DNA of 39,803 nucleotides from Gemmatimonadales bacterium. GTDB taxonomy: Bacteria > Gemmatimonadota > Gemmatimonadetes > Gemmatimonadales > GWC2-71-9. Positions 16,831 to 24,132 of this stretch are shown here, one piece after another. The stretch is taken from contig JBOHSI010000205.1 of NCBI GenBank assembly GCA_050733055.1, positions 1 through 39,803 on the forward strand, read 5' to 3'. Numbering within the stretch: the first letter of the stretch is position 1; the number at the start of each line of letters is the position of its first letter. A program made the position numbers and the translations under genes. The notes beneath the pieces were generated by a model. The model was not told the origin of the DNA. It did not search any database and was given only the letters and a program-made list of their open reading frames with translations.

Positions 16831-18051
16831 AATCACGTCCAGCTGCCGGTCGCGTCGTCGCGCCAGCCAGTACAGGGTCAGCCCGAGCAGCTGCGTGGCC
16901 CCGCTCCAAACCCACGCCTCGGCGATCGAGCGCGTGCGCGCGAGCCAGCCCCACACCGATTGGCCCGCGACGCCGCCGACACTTGCGAACATGGAGTCGA
17001 GCGAGATGATCGTCGCCCGCTGCGCGGATGGGATGTGCGCGTTGAGATACGCCTGCTTCACGGGCATCGCGACCCCGAGGGCGATGCCGTACACTAGGTA
17101 GAGGGAGACCACCAGGTAGAAATTTGTCAGGAGGCCGCAGGCCACGGCCATCACGGCCTGCACGGCGACCGAGAGTATCAACAGCCCCGTGCGCGTGCGC
17201 ACCAGGCGCGACAGTGGACCGACCAGTGCGTTGCCCGCGATCAGGCTGAGCCCCACGAGCGAGCTGATGACGCCGTTCACCCACACCAGTTCGCGGCCCA
17301 GCAGGTCGAGGAAGTAGCGCTGCCAGCTGTAGAACCCGAAGATCATGAAGCTCATCGAGACGAGCGAGGCGAGCATCACCGGTCGCACGACCGGGTGGCT
17401 CAACCCGTAGTTCATTCCCTCCACGAACACCCGTCGCATCTCTGCTGGCACGCGCTTGAGCTTGAGCGCCCGCGGTGTGTACCCGAGCTCCGGCATCGCG
17501 CGCCACGCCAGGACGAACAGGGGTACGACGATCGCAGCCCGCACCAGGTACGGGACATACAGGTGGATCTGCCCCAGCAGCCCGCCGCTGATCGTGCCGA
17601 CCAGCATCCCCGCGCCGAAGAACATCTGCCCCTTCGCGAAGACGTGCTCGAGCGGCCCGGTGTACCCGGTGGCTTTGAGGGCGTCCACGAGCCACGCGTC
17701 CACTGCGCCCGTATAGAACGTGTAGCCGAGCCCGAGAAAGACGGACACCCACACGAACGCCCAGAATCCCCACCCACGCCACGCGCTCGCGACGTACAGC
17801 AGCGTCGTGGTAAAGAGCGTCGCGAGACAGAGCAACAGCGAGACCCGTCGCCCAACCGTGTCCGCCACGACACCGGTCGGGATCTCGAACACCATCGACC
17901 CCAGCGTGAACGCGGCGTTGGTGAGCATCACCTGCAGGATGTCGAGCCCGGCACCCATCTTGAACAGCGTGTCGATGCCCCAGATCAGCGACATCGCGAA
18001 GTTGAAGAGCGCGGTGATTGCGAAGTAGGTGCGGATGATCCGCGTGCTCAC
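16825..18051 (-). CDS. MFS transporter
   Basis: 408-aa ORF, polytopic. 'ADTVGRRVSLLL' MFS loop motif. GTG start. Confidence 0.8.
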   Translation of the reverse strand: MSTRIIRTYFAITALFNFAMSLIWGIDTLFKMGAGLDILQVMLTNAAFTLGSMVFEIPTGVVADTVGRRVSLLLCLATLFTTTLLYVASAWRGWGFWAFVWVSVFLGLGYTFYTGAVDAWLVDALKATGYTGPLEHVFAKGQMFFGAGMLVGTISGGLLGQIHLYVPYLVRAAIVVPLFVLAWRAMPELGYTPRALKLKRVPAEMRRVFVEGMNYGLSHPVVRPVMLASLVSMSFMIFGFYSWQRYFLDLLGRELVWVNGVISSLVGLSLIAGNALVGPLSRLVRTRTGLLILSVAVQAVMAVACGLLTNFYLVVSLYLVYGIALGVAMPVKQAYLNAHIPSAQRATIISLDSMFASVGGVAGQSVWGWLARTRSIAEAWVWSGATQLLGLTLYWLARRRDRQLDVIR

Positions 18052-18126
18052 GCGGCGACCACCTGCGTTAGTTGTACGCGGTCGCGGTGAGAATCACCGC
18101 GGCGAGCGCGAGCTGCAGACGGGGCT

Positions 18127-19029
18127 TCATGGCAGGTTCGCCCGGAGCCACTCACGCGCGATCGTCCTGATGTCGCGATGCCGCACGTCCGCGTCGGCAT
18201 TGAGCCGGCGCATCTCCGCATCCGAGAGCCGATCTGCCAGCTCGTCGAGAGCCGCCGTGACACCGGGATGGCGCTTCAACACCTCGGCCCGGATCACGGG
18301 CGCCGCCTCGTAGGGCGGGAAGTAGTGTCGGTCGTCCTCGAGCGCCACGAGATCGAGCGCCTCGATCTGGCCGTCGGTCGAGTTTCCCGCGATCAGATCC
18401 ACCCGTCCGTCGGCGAGAGCGCGATAGGTGAGGCCCAGGTCCATCGCGGTCGGCGGCGCGGCAAGGGTGAGGCCATACGTCCTCGCGAGCCCCGCGAAGC
18501 CATCCGCCCGCTCGAGGAACTCGTAGCCGAACCCGGCGCGCCACCCCGGCGCCACCCGCGCGACATCCGACACCGTCTTAAGCCCGTGCCGCTCGGCGTC
18601 GCGGCGACGCACCACGATCGCGAACGTGTTGTTGAACCCGAACGGCTTGCCCCACACGATCCCGAAGCGCTCCCGGTACTCGGCCGCGACCGCCCGGTAC
18701 ACGCTGTCCCGGTCCTGCACGGGCGGGTGCTTGAGCACCGCGGTGAACGCCGTGCCCGTGTACTCGACGTACAAGTCGATCCGCCCCGACGTGATCGCCT
18801 GGTGACACACGAACGTGCCTCCGAGGTGCAGTCGGCGCCCTACCGGCATGCCGGTCCGGCGCTCGATTTGCTGCGCCACGATCTCGGCGAGCAGATCGGA
18901 CTCCGTGAAGTTCTTCGCGCCCACGACGACGCGGTCCCGACGGCTGCAGCCGGCGGCGAGCACCAGGGCGGCACACCCAAACCGGAACCACCGACCGCCC
19001 GGCCGGCCGGCCGCCTGACCGCCTCTCAT
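18127..19029 (-). CDS. Osmoprotectant/quaternary-amine ABC transporter substrate-binding lipoprotein (OpuC/OsmF-like)
   Basis: Internal ATG (MRGGQAAG...) making an ATGA overlap with the permease stop. Lipobox-like 'VLAAGC'. 'VVVGAKNFTESDLLAEIVAQ...IDLYVEYTGT' is typical of OpuAC-fold glycine-betaine-type binding proteins. Confidence 0.75.
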   Translation of the reverse strand: MRGGQAAGRPGGRWFRFGCAALVLAAGCSRRDRVVVGAKNFTESDLLAEIVAQQIERRTGMPVGRRLHLGGTFVCHQAITSGRIDLYVEYTGTAFTAVLKHPPVQDRDSVYRAVAAEYRERFGIVWGKPFGFNNTFAIVVRRRDAERHGLKTVSDVARVAPGWRAGFGYEFLERADGFAGLARTYGLTLAAPPTAMDLGLTYRALADGRVDLIAGNSTDGQIEALDLVALEDDRHYFPPYEAAPVIRAEVLKRHPGVTAALDELADRLSDAEMRRLNADADVRHRDIRTIAREWLRANLP

Positions 19030-19664
19030 TTCGGCCGCCACCCGAGCCTCCGCTCCGCCAAGCCGAGGAGCCCGTCCGCCGCGAGCGCCAGCAGCGCCGC
19101 CGGCAGTGCCCCGGCGAGGATCAGCGTGTCGTTCACCATGGCCACGCCGCGGAAGATGTACTCGCCGAGGCCGCCCGCACCTATCGCCGCCGCGATGGTC
19201 GCGGTGCCGACACTCACCACCGTGGCGACCCGGACACCCGCGAGGATCACCCCGAGGGCGAGCGGCAGCTCGACCATGAGCAGCAGCTGGCGGTCCGTCA
19301 TGCCCATCCCGCGCCCGGCGTCCCGCACCGCAGGGTCCACACCGGCGATCCCGGTGTACGTGTTCCGGACGATGGGCAGCAGCGCGTACAGCACCAGCGC
19401 CACGATCGCGGTGCGCGCGCCGATCCCACCGATGAAGGGAAGCGGGATGAGGAACCCGAACAGCGCGAGACTCGGAATCGTCTGGAATACGTTCGCGAGC
19501 CCGAGCACCGGGCCACGCCACGCCGGTCGGCGCGTGAGCAGGACGCCGAGCGGCAAGCCGATGGCGGTCGCCGCCCCCGTGGAGATGGCGACGAGGTAGA
19601 TGTGCTGCCAGAACAGGGCGAGCGCCTCACCGGAGTTCTGCGCATAGAGCTGAAAGAGCCTCAT
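19026..19664 (-). CDS. ABC transporter permease (OpuCB/ProW-like)
   Basis: 212-aa ORF. BPD-transporter EAA-like region 'VDPAVRDAGRGMGMTDRQLLLMVELPLA'. Confidence 0.8.
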   Translation of the reverse strand: MRLFQLYAQNSGEALALFWQHIYLVAISTGAATAIGLPLGVLLTRRPAWRGPVLGLANVFQTIPSLALFGFLIPLPFIGGIGARTAIVALVLYALLPIVRNTYTGIAGVDPAVRDAGRGMGMTDRQLLLMVELPLALGVILAGVRVATVVSVGTATIAAAIGAGGLGEYIFRGVAMVNDTLILAGALPAALLALAADGLLGLAERRLGWRPK

Positions 19665-19668
19665 ACGT

Positions 19669-20397
19669 TCACGCGGCTGCCATGAACGCCTGGCACTCCG
19701 GGTGGTCCGCCGCGCGGAACTCCTCTGGCGTCCCCAGAAAGACCAACCTGCCCCCGTACATCAGCCCGATCCGGGTGGCGAGCATGAGACCCTCGCGCAC
19801 GTCGTGGGTCACGAACACCATCGCCTTGCCGAGGCGCCCCTCGAGCGAGCGGAACTCGCGCTGCAGCTCCACCCGCGTGATCGGGTCGAGCGCGCCGAAC
19901 GGCTCGTCCAGGAGCAGGAGCGTCGGGTCGGCGGCGAGCGCCCGCGCCACACCGACACGCTGGCGCTGCCCGCCCGAGAGCTGATGCGGGTAGCGCCCGG
20001 CGAACACCTCGGGATCGAGCCCCACCAGCGCGAGCAGCTCGCGCACCCGCGTCGCGATCCGCGGCGCGGGCCACCCCTCGAGCCGGGGCACGAGGCCCAC
20101 GTTGTCTCCAACAGTGAAGTGCGGGAACAGCCCGATCTCCTGGATCACGTACCCGATCCGGCGCCGGAGCCGCGTCACGGGGACGGCCACGGTGCGCTCG
20201 CCCGCGACGCGCACGTCCCCCGCCGTAGGCTCGAGCAGCCGGTTGATGAGTTTGAGTGTGGTCGTCTTCCCGGAACCGCTGCGGCCGAGCAGGACGAGCG
20301 TCTCCCCGGCGCCTACCGTGAACGACACCCCATCCACGAGGGCTCGCCCGGTCGGCAGTTCATAACCGAGGCCCCGCACCTCGAGCGCTGCGGTCAC
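19669..20397 (-). CDS. ABC transporter ATP-binding protein
   Basis: Walker A 'GRSGSGKTT', signature 'LSGGQRQR', Walker B 'LLLLDEP'. The GTG at 20397 is preferred because it forms a GTGA overlap with the upstream methyltransferase stop. The track ORF extends to 20451. Confidence 0.8.
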   Translation of the reverse strand: MTAALEVRGLGYELPTGRALVDGVSFTVGAGETLVLLGRSGSGKTTTLKLINRLLEPTAGDVRVAGERTVAVPVTRLRRRIGYVIQEIGLFPHFTVGDNVGLVPRLEGWPAPRIATRVRELLALVGLDPEVFAGRYPHQLSGGQRQRVGVARALAADPTLLLLDEPFGALDPITRVELQREFRSLEGRLGKAMVFVTHDVREGLMLATRIGLMYGGRLVFLGTPEEFRAADHPECQAFMAAA

Positions 20398-21332
20398 CGG
20401 AGCCCGGCCAGGGCCATCAGGAAGCGGTCGTCGTCGCTCCGGCCCTGCCACTGCGCACCCAGGCCGGCGTCGGAGAGAATCCGGAGGAAGGTGTCCGGGG
20501 CGTACTTATACGAGTGGTTCATGTCGAGCCGGTCGCCGCGCTCGAGCCGCAGCGTTTCGCCGCCCATCTGCACGTCGATCGGTTGCGCCGCGCGGAAGTG
20601 CTTGGAGATGAAGTGCAGACCCGGCAGCCGGGGATCGCCCGCGGCCTCGAACACGAGCTCGCCGTCCTCGTCCCGGATACCCACCGCGTGCAGCGGCGCC
20701 CAGGCGAAGCGGCGGTTCAGCGGGTTGTCGTAACCGGCGAGCGTGGTGTCGCCCGCGTAGAGCTCGCCGTCCACGAGCAGCCGGTCGCCGGGCCGGAGCA
20801 GGGCAGCCAGTTGGCGTGCCTGGGCGATCGGATCGAACGCGCCCAGCGTATTACCGATGAGTAGGACGAGGCGCGGCGCACTCTCGGCCTCGGCCGCGAG
20901 CGCCGCGAGGTGCTCCAGCTTCGTGAAGTCGGCCTTGATGCCGTGGGCCGGGAGGCCGGCCCGAAGCGCGCCGCCGCACGCCATCTCGAGCAGGGCCTGG
21001 CTCGTATCGACGGGGACGTACGCCAAGCGCACACCGTGTTCGCGCAATGCCTCGAGCAAGATCAGGTCCTTGTCTCCCTGTCCCGAGCCGAGGCTGAGCA
21101 CTTCGAGGGGGCCGGGCGAGAAGCGGCGGGCCAACTCGCCCGCCGAACGCGCGATGAGGGAGCGCGACCGCACGAAGTTCCGGTACGCGCCGTCCGAGCA
21201 GAGCGCGAGCCAGGCACGCACGGACAGCGGGAACCAATAGAAGAACTTCTCCGCGAGGCGCCGCGCCTCGAAGGAAGCAACAAACTCGTCCGCGAGCTCG
21301 TTCTCGGTGACGAGCGTTTCGATCGGGATCAT
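20394..21332 (-). CDS. EgtD-like SAM-dependent methyltransferase (Methyltransf_33 / histidine N-alpha-methyltransferase family, divergent)
   Basis: 312-aa ORF. The family layout is recognisable by eye: 'VLSLGSGQGDKDLILLEAL', 'YVPVDTSQALLE', 'LLIGNTLGAFDP', 'GYDNPLNRRF', 'MNHSYKYAP', 'DDRFLMAL'. Several substrate-pocket positions differ from canonical EgtD (for example 'GNTLGAF' versus 'GSTIGN'). Confidence 0.55.
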   Translation of the reverse strand: MIPIETLVTENELADEFVASFEARRLAEKFFYWFPLSVRAWLALCSDGAYRNFVRSRSLIARSAGELARRFSPGPLEVLSLGSGQGDKDLILLEALREHGVRLAYVPVDTSQALLEMACGGALRAGLPAHGIKADFTKLEHLAALAAEAESAPRLVLLIGNTLGAFDPIAQARQLAALLRPGDRLLVDGELYAGDTTLAGYDNPLNRRFAWAPLHAVGIRDEDGELVFEAAGDPRLPGLHFISKHFRAAQPIDVQMGGETLRLERGDRLDMNHSYKYAPDTFLRILSDAGLGAQWQGRSDDDRFLMALAGLR

Positions 21333-21366
21333 CCGCGCCTCTTCATTAGGCGGTCAGACTTAGTGG

Positions 21367-21395
21367 TTGACGGGCCCGACGGCAACCCGTAGGAT
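21367..21395 (+). promoter_or_regulatory. Candidate sigma70-like promoter (TTGACG-17 nt-TAGGAT) for the small-peptide operon
   Basis: TTGACG at 21367..21372, an exact 17-nt spacer, TAGGAT at 21390..21395. This is about 45 nt upstream of the ATG at 21441, in the 108-bp divergent intergenic region. Confidence 0.45.
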
Positions 21396-21440
21396 TGTAC
21401 GAACAGCCGTCTTTGAATCACTCTCACGCAGGAGGATCAG

Positions 21441-21533
21441 ATGCAGATCGTCGAGACGCAGGAACTCGTGCCCAGCTGTCATCGTCCCGAAATCATCGAG
21501 ACGAGCGAGCTGCAGCCGACCTGCCACTCCTGA
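21441..21533 (+). CDS. Putative RiPP precursor peptide, 30 aa: MQIVETQELVPSCHRPEIIETSELQPTCHS (not in supplied ORF track)
   Basis: Hand translation. AGGAGG at 21430..21435 lies 5 nt before the ATG, and the TGA is at 21531..21533. 24 of 29 sense codons after the ATG end in G/C, matching the genomic coding bias. There are two tandem 12-aa repeats, IVETQELVPSCH and IIETSELQPTCH. It sits immediately upstream of the DUF692/MNIO-like operon. Confidence 0.6.
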   Translation: MQIVETQELVPSCHRPEIIETSELQPTCHS

Positions 21534-21545
21534 GGGTGCGGCTGA

Positions 21546-22505
21546 ATGCGCCCGGGGGCCCGGACTGATTTCGGGCCCCCTCCGCGTTTCATAACGTCCG
21601 AACCCCGTCTCGGGTTCGGCGCGTGGGCGGTGGGGGGCGAGGGGTGGGGAACGCCAGCAGACGAGCGCGACCGCACCGCCGCCGTCGAGCGAGCTGTCGA
21701 GCGCGGCATCGACTTCTTCGATACGGCGCCCACGTACGGCGACGGTGCCTCGGAAACCCTGCTCGGCCGGGCCCTCCGGCCCTACCGCGAGCAGGTCACG
21801 ATCGCCACGAAGGTCGGGCCCTACCACGAGCCGCGCCGATCCCTCGAGGCGTCGCTGCGCCGCCTGGCGTGCGACCAGGTGGATCTCGTCCAGCTGCACG
21901 AAACACTCGACGGCTGGGAGTGGCGGCTGGAGAAGCTCCATGCGTTGCAAGAGGAAGGAAAGACCGTCGCCATCGGGCTCTGCAACGCCACCCGCCGACA
22001 GCTCGCCCACGCGCTCGAGATCGCGCCGGTGGTCACCTGCCAGGCGCCATACAACCTGTTCGACCGCGACGTCGAGCAGCGGGAGCTGCCGCTGTGCCGC
22101 CAACGCGGGCTCGGCTTCCTCGCCTATCGCCCACTCGCCTCGGGGCTTTTGACCGGCAAGTACGCCATGGTTGCGATCGTGCTTGCGGGCGCGCGAGACG
22201 CCCGGCAGGTGGACGAGAACGCGGCGGCGCACGCACGACGGCTCACCCCGCAGGAAGTCGCCGCCATCGACGAGATCGTGGCGGAAGTGTTCCGGCCCGC
22301 GCGCGCCACCGAGCGGGCGCACGCGCTCGCCGCGAGCTGGGGTATCCGCGAGCGGTTCATCGTCGAGCGGCTCGACGGGGCGACGACCTACGAGGCGATC
22401 GCGGCCGTGTGGACGGACACGGGTGAACGACCGATGATCGCAGCCCAAGTCAAGGTGTTCGTCGACCAGTTACGGGAGCAGGAACTCGTTGAAGCTGAGA
22501 GCTGA
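21546..22505 (+). CDS. Aldo/keto reductase with a C-terminal PqqD/RRE-like extension
   Basis: AKR tetrad context is present: 'FFDTAPTYGDG' (D, Y), 'IATKVG' (K), 'LVQLHE' (H). GAGGGTG lies 7 nt before the ATG. The barrel looks shortened after 'SGLLTGKY'. The last ~70 aa, 'IVERLDGATTYEAIAAVWTDTGERPMIAAQVKVFVDQLREQELVE', resemble a PqqD-type winged helix. Confidence 0.65.
   Translation: MRPGARTDFGPPPRFITSEPRLGFGAWAVGGEGWGTPADERDRTAAVERAVERGIDFFDTAPTYGDGASETLLGRALRPYREQVTIATKVGPYHEPRRSLEASLRRLACDQVDLVQLHETLDGWEWRLEKLHALQEEGKTVAIGLCNATRRQLAHALEIAPVVTCQAPYNLFDRDVEQRELPLCRQRGLGFLAYRPLASGLLTGKYAMVAIVLAGARDARQVDENAAAHARRLTPQEVAAIDEIVAEVFRPARATERAHALAASWGIRERFIVERLDGATTYEAIAAVWTDTGERPMIAAQVKVFVDQLREQELVEAES
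21554..21580 (+). promoter_or_regulatory. Perfect 9-bp GC stem-loop after the peptide ORF (attenuator or mRNA-stability element candidate)
   Basis: GGGGGCCCG (21554..21562) pairs with CGGGCCCCC (21572..21580) around the 9-nt loop GACTGATTT, followed by TCCGCGTTTCAT. It lies 21 nt after the peptide stop and within codons 3-12 of the next ORF. Confidence 0.45.
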
Positions 22506-22511
22506 CGGCTG

Positions 22512-23300
22512 ATGGCTGCTTTGATGGTTGGCGCGTTCTACAACCCCCACCTCGGCGGCGAGCTCGCCGAGGCGACCGGCATCGACCATCTGGCCATGGC
22601 CGACCCCCCGGCGCCCACCGATCCGCACTGGCCCGTCATCCAGCAGCGCTATACCCTGCTGCTTCACGACTACCTCGGCCAGCTCTCCGAGCCGCTCGAC
22701 GAGCGCTCCATCCAGCGGGCGCGCGCGCTCGCTGATCTGTATCGCTCGCCGTGGGTCGCCGAGCACTTCCAGTGCCTGCACACCGAGGATGGCGCCTACA
22801 ACCTGAACTACGTGTTCCCCCCGCTGTACACGGAGGAGTTCCTCGACCGCTTCGTGCGAAACGCGACTGCGCTCAAGGCCCGGCTCGACCAGCCGCTCGT
22901 GATGGAGAACATCCCCGGTTTCTTCGACGTGCAGGCAAGCCAGATGCCGGAGCCGGTCTGGCTGCGTCGCTTCTTCGAGACGACGGAGGTCGGGTTCCTG
23001 CTCGATTTGCCGCACGTCTGGCTCGAGGCACACTATCACGACATGGCTCCCGAGCGCTGGCTCGCCGAGTTCCCGCTCGAGCACGTCGTGGAGCTGCACG
23101 TCGCAGGCGTCGAACAAGACGACGACCTCGAGGGCCCGTGGATCGCTCCCGCCGAGCCGTCGAACGAGATGCTTGACTTCCTGGCCACCACGGTCGAGCG
23201 CTGCCCCAAGGCGAAAGCGGTGACGTTCGACGCGTTCTCACCCTCCCTCACCGGCGACGTCTTGTTTCGGAGTGTCGAGCGGATTCGAGCGGCGCTGTGA
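22512..23300 (+). CDS. DUF692 / MNIO-like (MbnB/TglH-type) TIM-barrel protein, divergent
   Basis: 262-aa ORF starting 6 nt after the AKR stop. DUF692-like landmarks by eye: 'SPWVAEHFQC', 'VFPPLYTEEFL', 'PLVMENIPGFF', 'GFLLDLPHVW', 'VVELHVAGV', and C-terminal 'KAVTFDAF'. Confidence 0.55.
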   Translation: MAALMVGAFYNPHLGGELAEATGIDHLAMADPPAPTDPHWPVIQQRYTLLLHDYLGQLSEPLDERSIQRARALADLYRSPWVAEHFQCLHTEDGAYNLNYVFPPLYTEEFLDRFVRNATALKARLDQPLVMENIPGFFDVQASQMPEPVWLRRFFETTEVGFLLDLPHVWLEAHYHDMAPERWLAEFPLEHVVELHVAGVEQDDDLEGPWIAPAEPSNEMLDFLATTVERCPKAKAVTFDAFSPSLTGDVLFRSVERIRAAL

Positions 23301-24064
23301 GCGATCGCCGGCTGCAGGATCAGGTCATCCGTGCGCTCGCCGATGCTCCGTACCGAGCCTCGCCCGAGTGGCGGCGCGGCGCGCTGGCCGATCCGGAGCG
23401 TGTCGAGCGCTACGCGCGATTCCTCGCACGGCATTTCTACTACGAGCGGATCGTCCACTTCTTCAAGTACTCGGGCGCCCTGGCGCGCATCACCGGCCGG
23501 CGGCCCGAGGCCGTCCTCAGGCGGCCGGGATTCGAGGCGCTGCTTTCCGCCATCGTGCTCGGGAGCCGCGAGAGCGCGCGCGCGGTGGCGCGGCTCGTGG
23601 CCGAGTATGTGTCCGAAAACGATGCGGGCATTGCCTATGTGCAGGATCTCCTGCGCTACGAGCGGACGATGATGGCGGTCGAGGCTGGGCCGCGGGTGTG
23701 GCGAGAAACAGGGAAGGGGGAGGGGGGAAAGGGGGAGCGTGGGCTGCCTGAGACCGTGGAAGGAACGGTGCTGCTCGAGCTTAGCTACGACCTCCCGGCG
23801 GTGTTGCCCAAGTTGTTGCAGCCCTGGACCGAAGTGCCGCAGGCGCCGCAGCGGCCCGTGCGGCTGCTCATCGCGCGCTCGCCGCACGGGCGGGTCGCTG
23901 TCGCGCGTAGCGATGAGGGGGTGGCTGCCGTGCTCGAGCTGGCCGACGGGCGGCGTACCCTGGCGGATCTGGCGCGGGCGGCCCGCCTGGAGCCAGCGGT
24001 AGTGAAGGAGATGCTCCGGGGGCTCTTCGATCTCGGCGCCGTGCGGTTCTCGACGGGGAGTTGA
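23297..24064 (+). CDS. Partner protein of the DUF692-like enzyme with C-terminal RRE/PqqD-like domain
   Basis: 255-aa ORF. GTGA overlap with the upstream stop. The C-terminal 'VAAVLELADGRRTLADLARAARLEPAVVKEMLRGLFDLGAVRF' resembles a PqqD-type peptide-binding winged helix. A low-complexity 'GKGEGGKGERG' insert is present. No other family was recognised. Confidence 0.45.
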   Translation: MSDRRLQDQVIRALADAPYRASPEWRRGALADPERVERYARFLARHFYYERIVHFFKYSGALARITGRRPEAVLRRPGFEALLSAIVLGSRESARAVARLVAEYVSENDAGIAYVQDLLRYERTMMAVEAGPRVWRETGKGEGGKGERGLPETVEGTVLLELSYDLPAVLPKLLQPWTEVPQAPQRPVRLLIARSPHGRVAVARSDEGVAAVLELADGRRTLADLARAARLEPAVVKEMLRGLFDLGAVRFSTGS

Positions 24065-24132
24065 GCGGAGCGGTAGCAACCTGGCGCCGCGCCGGGTAAC
24101 TTCGATGTGCAATCGTACCACAGGAGCATCCT

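Noticed and set aside
18084-18100. Perfect 7-bp stem GCGGTGA-GAA-TCACCGC downstream of the ABC binding-protein gene.
   Set aside because: - It has a 3-nt loop and no U-tract on the transcribed strand.
- It is plausible as a weak terminator but not distinguishable from chance in GC-rich DNA.
21367-21594. 75-aa plus-strand ORF overlapping the small peptide ORF in another frame.
   Set aside because: - It starts at a TTG that is the -35-like hexamer, with no SD.
- Its sequence is Arg/Ser-rich and low-complexity.
- The 30-codon frame has a perfect AGGAGG and an internally repeated, biologically sensible sequence.
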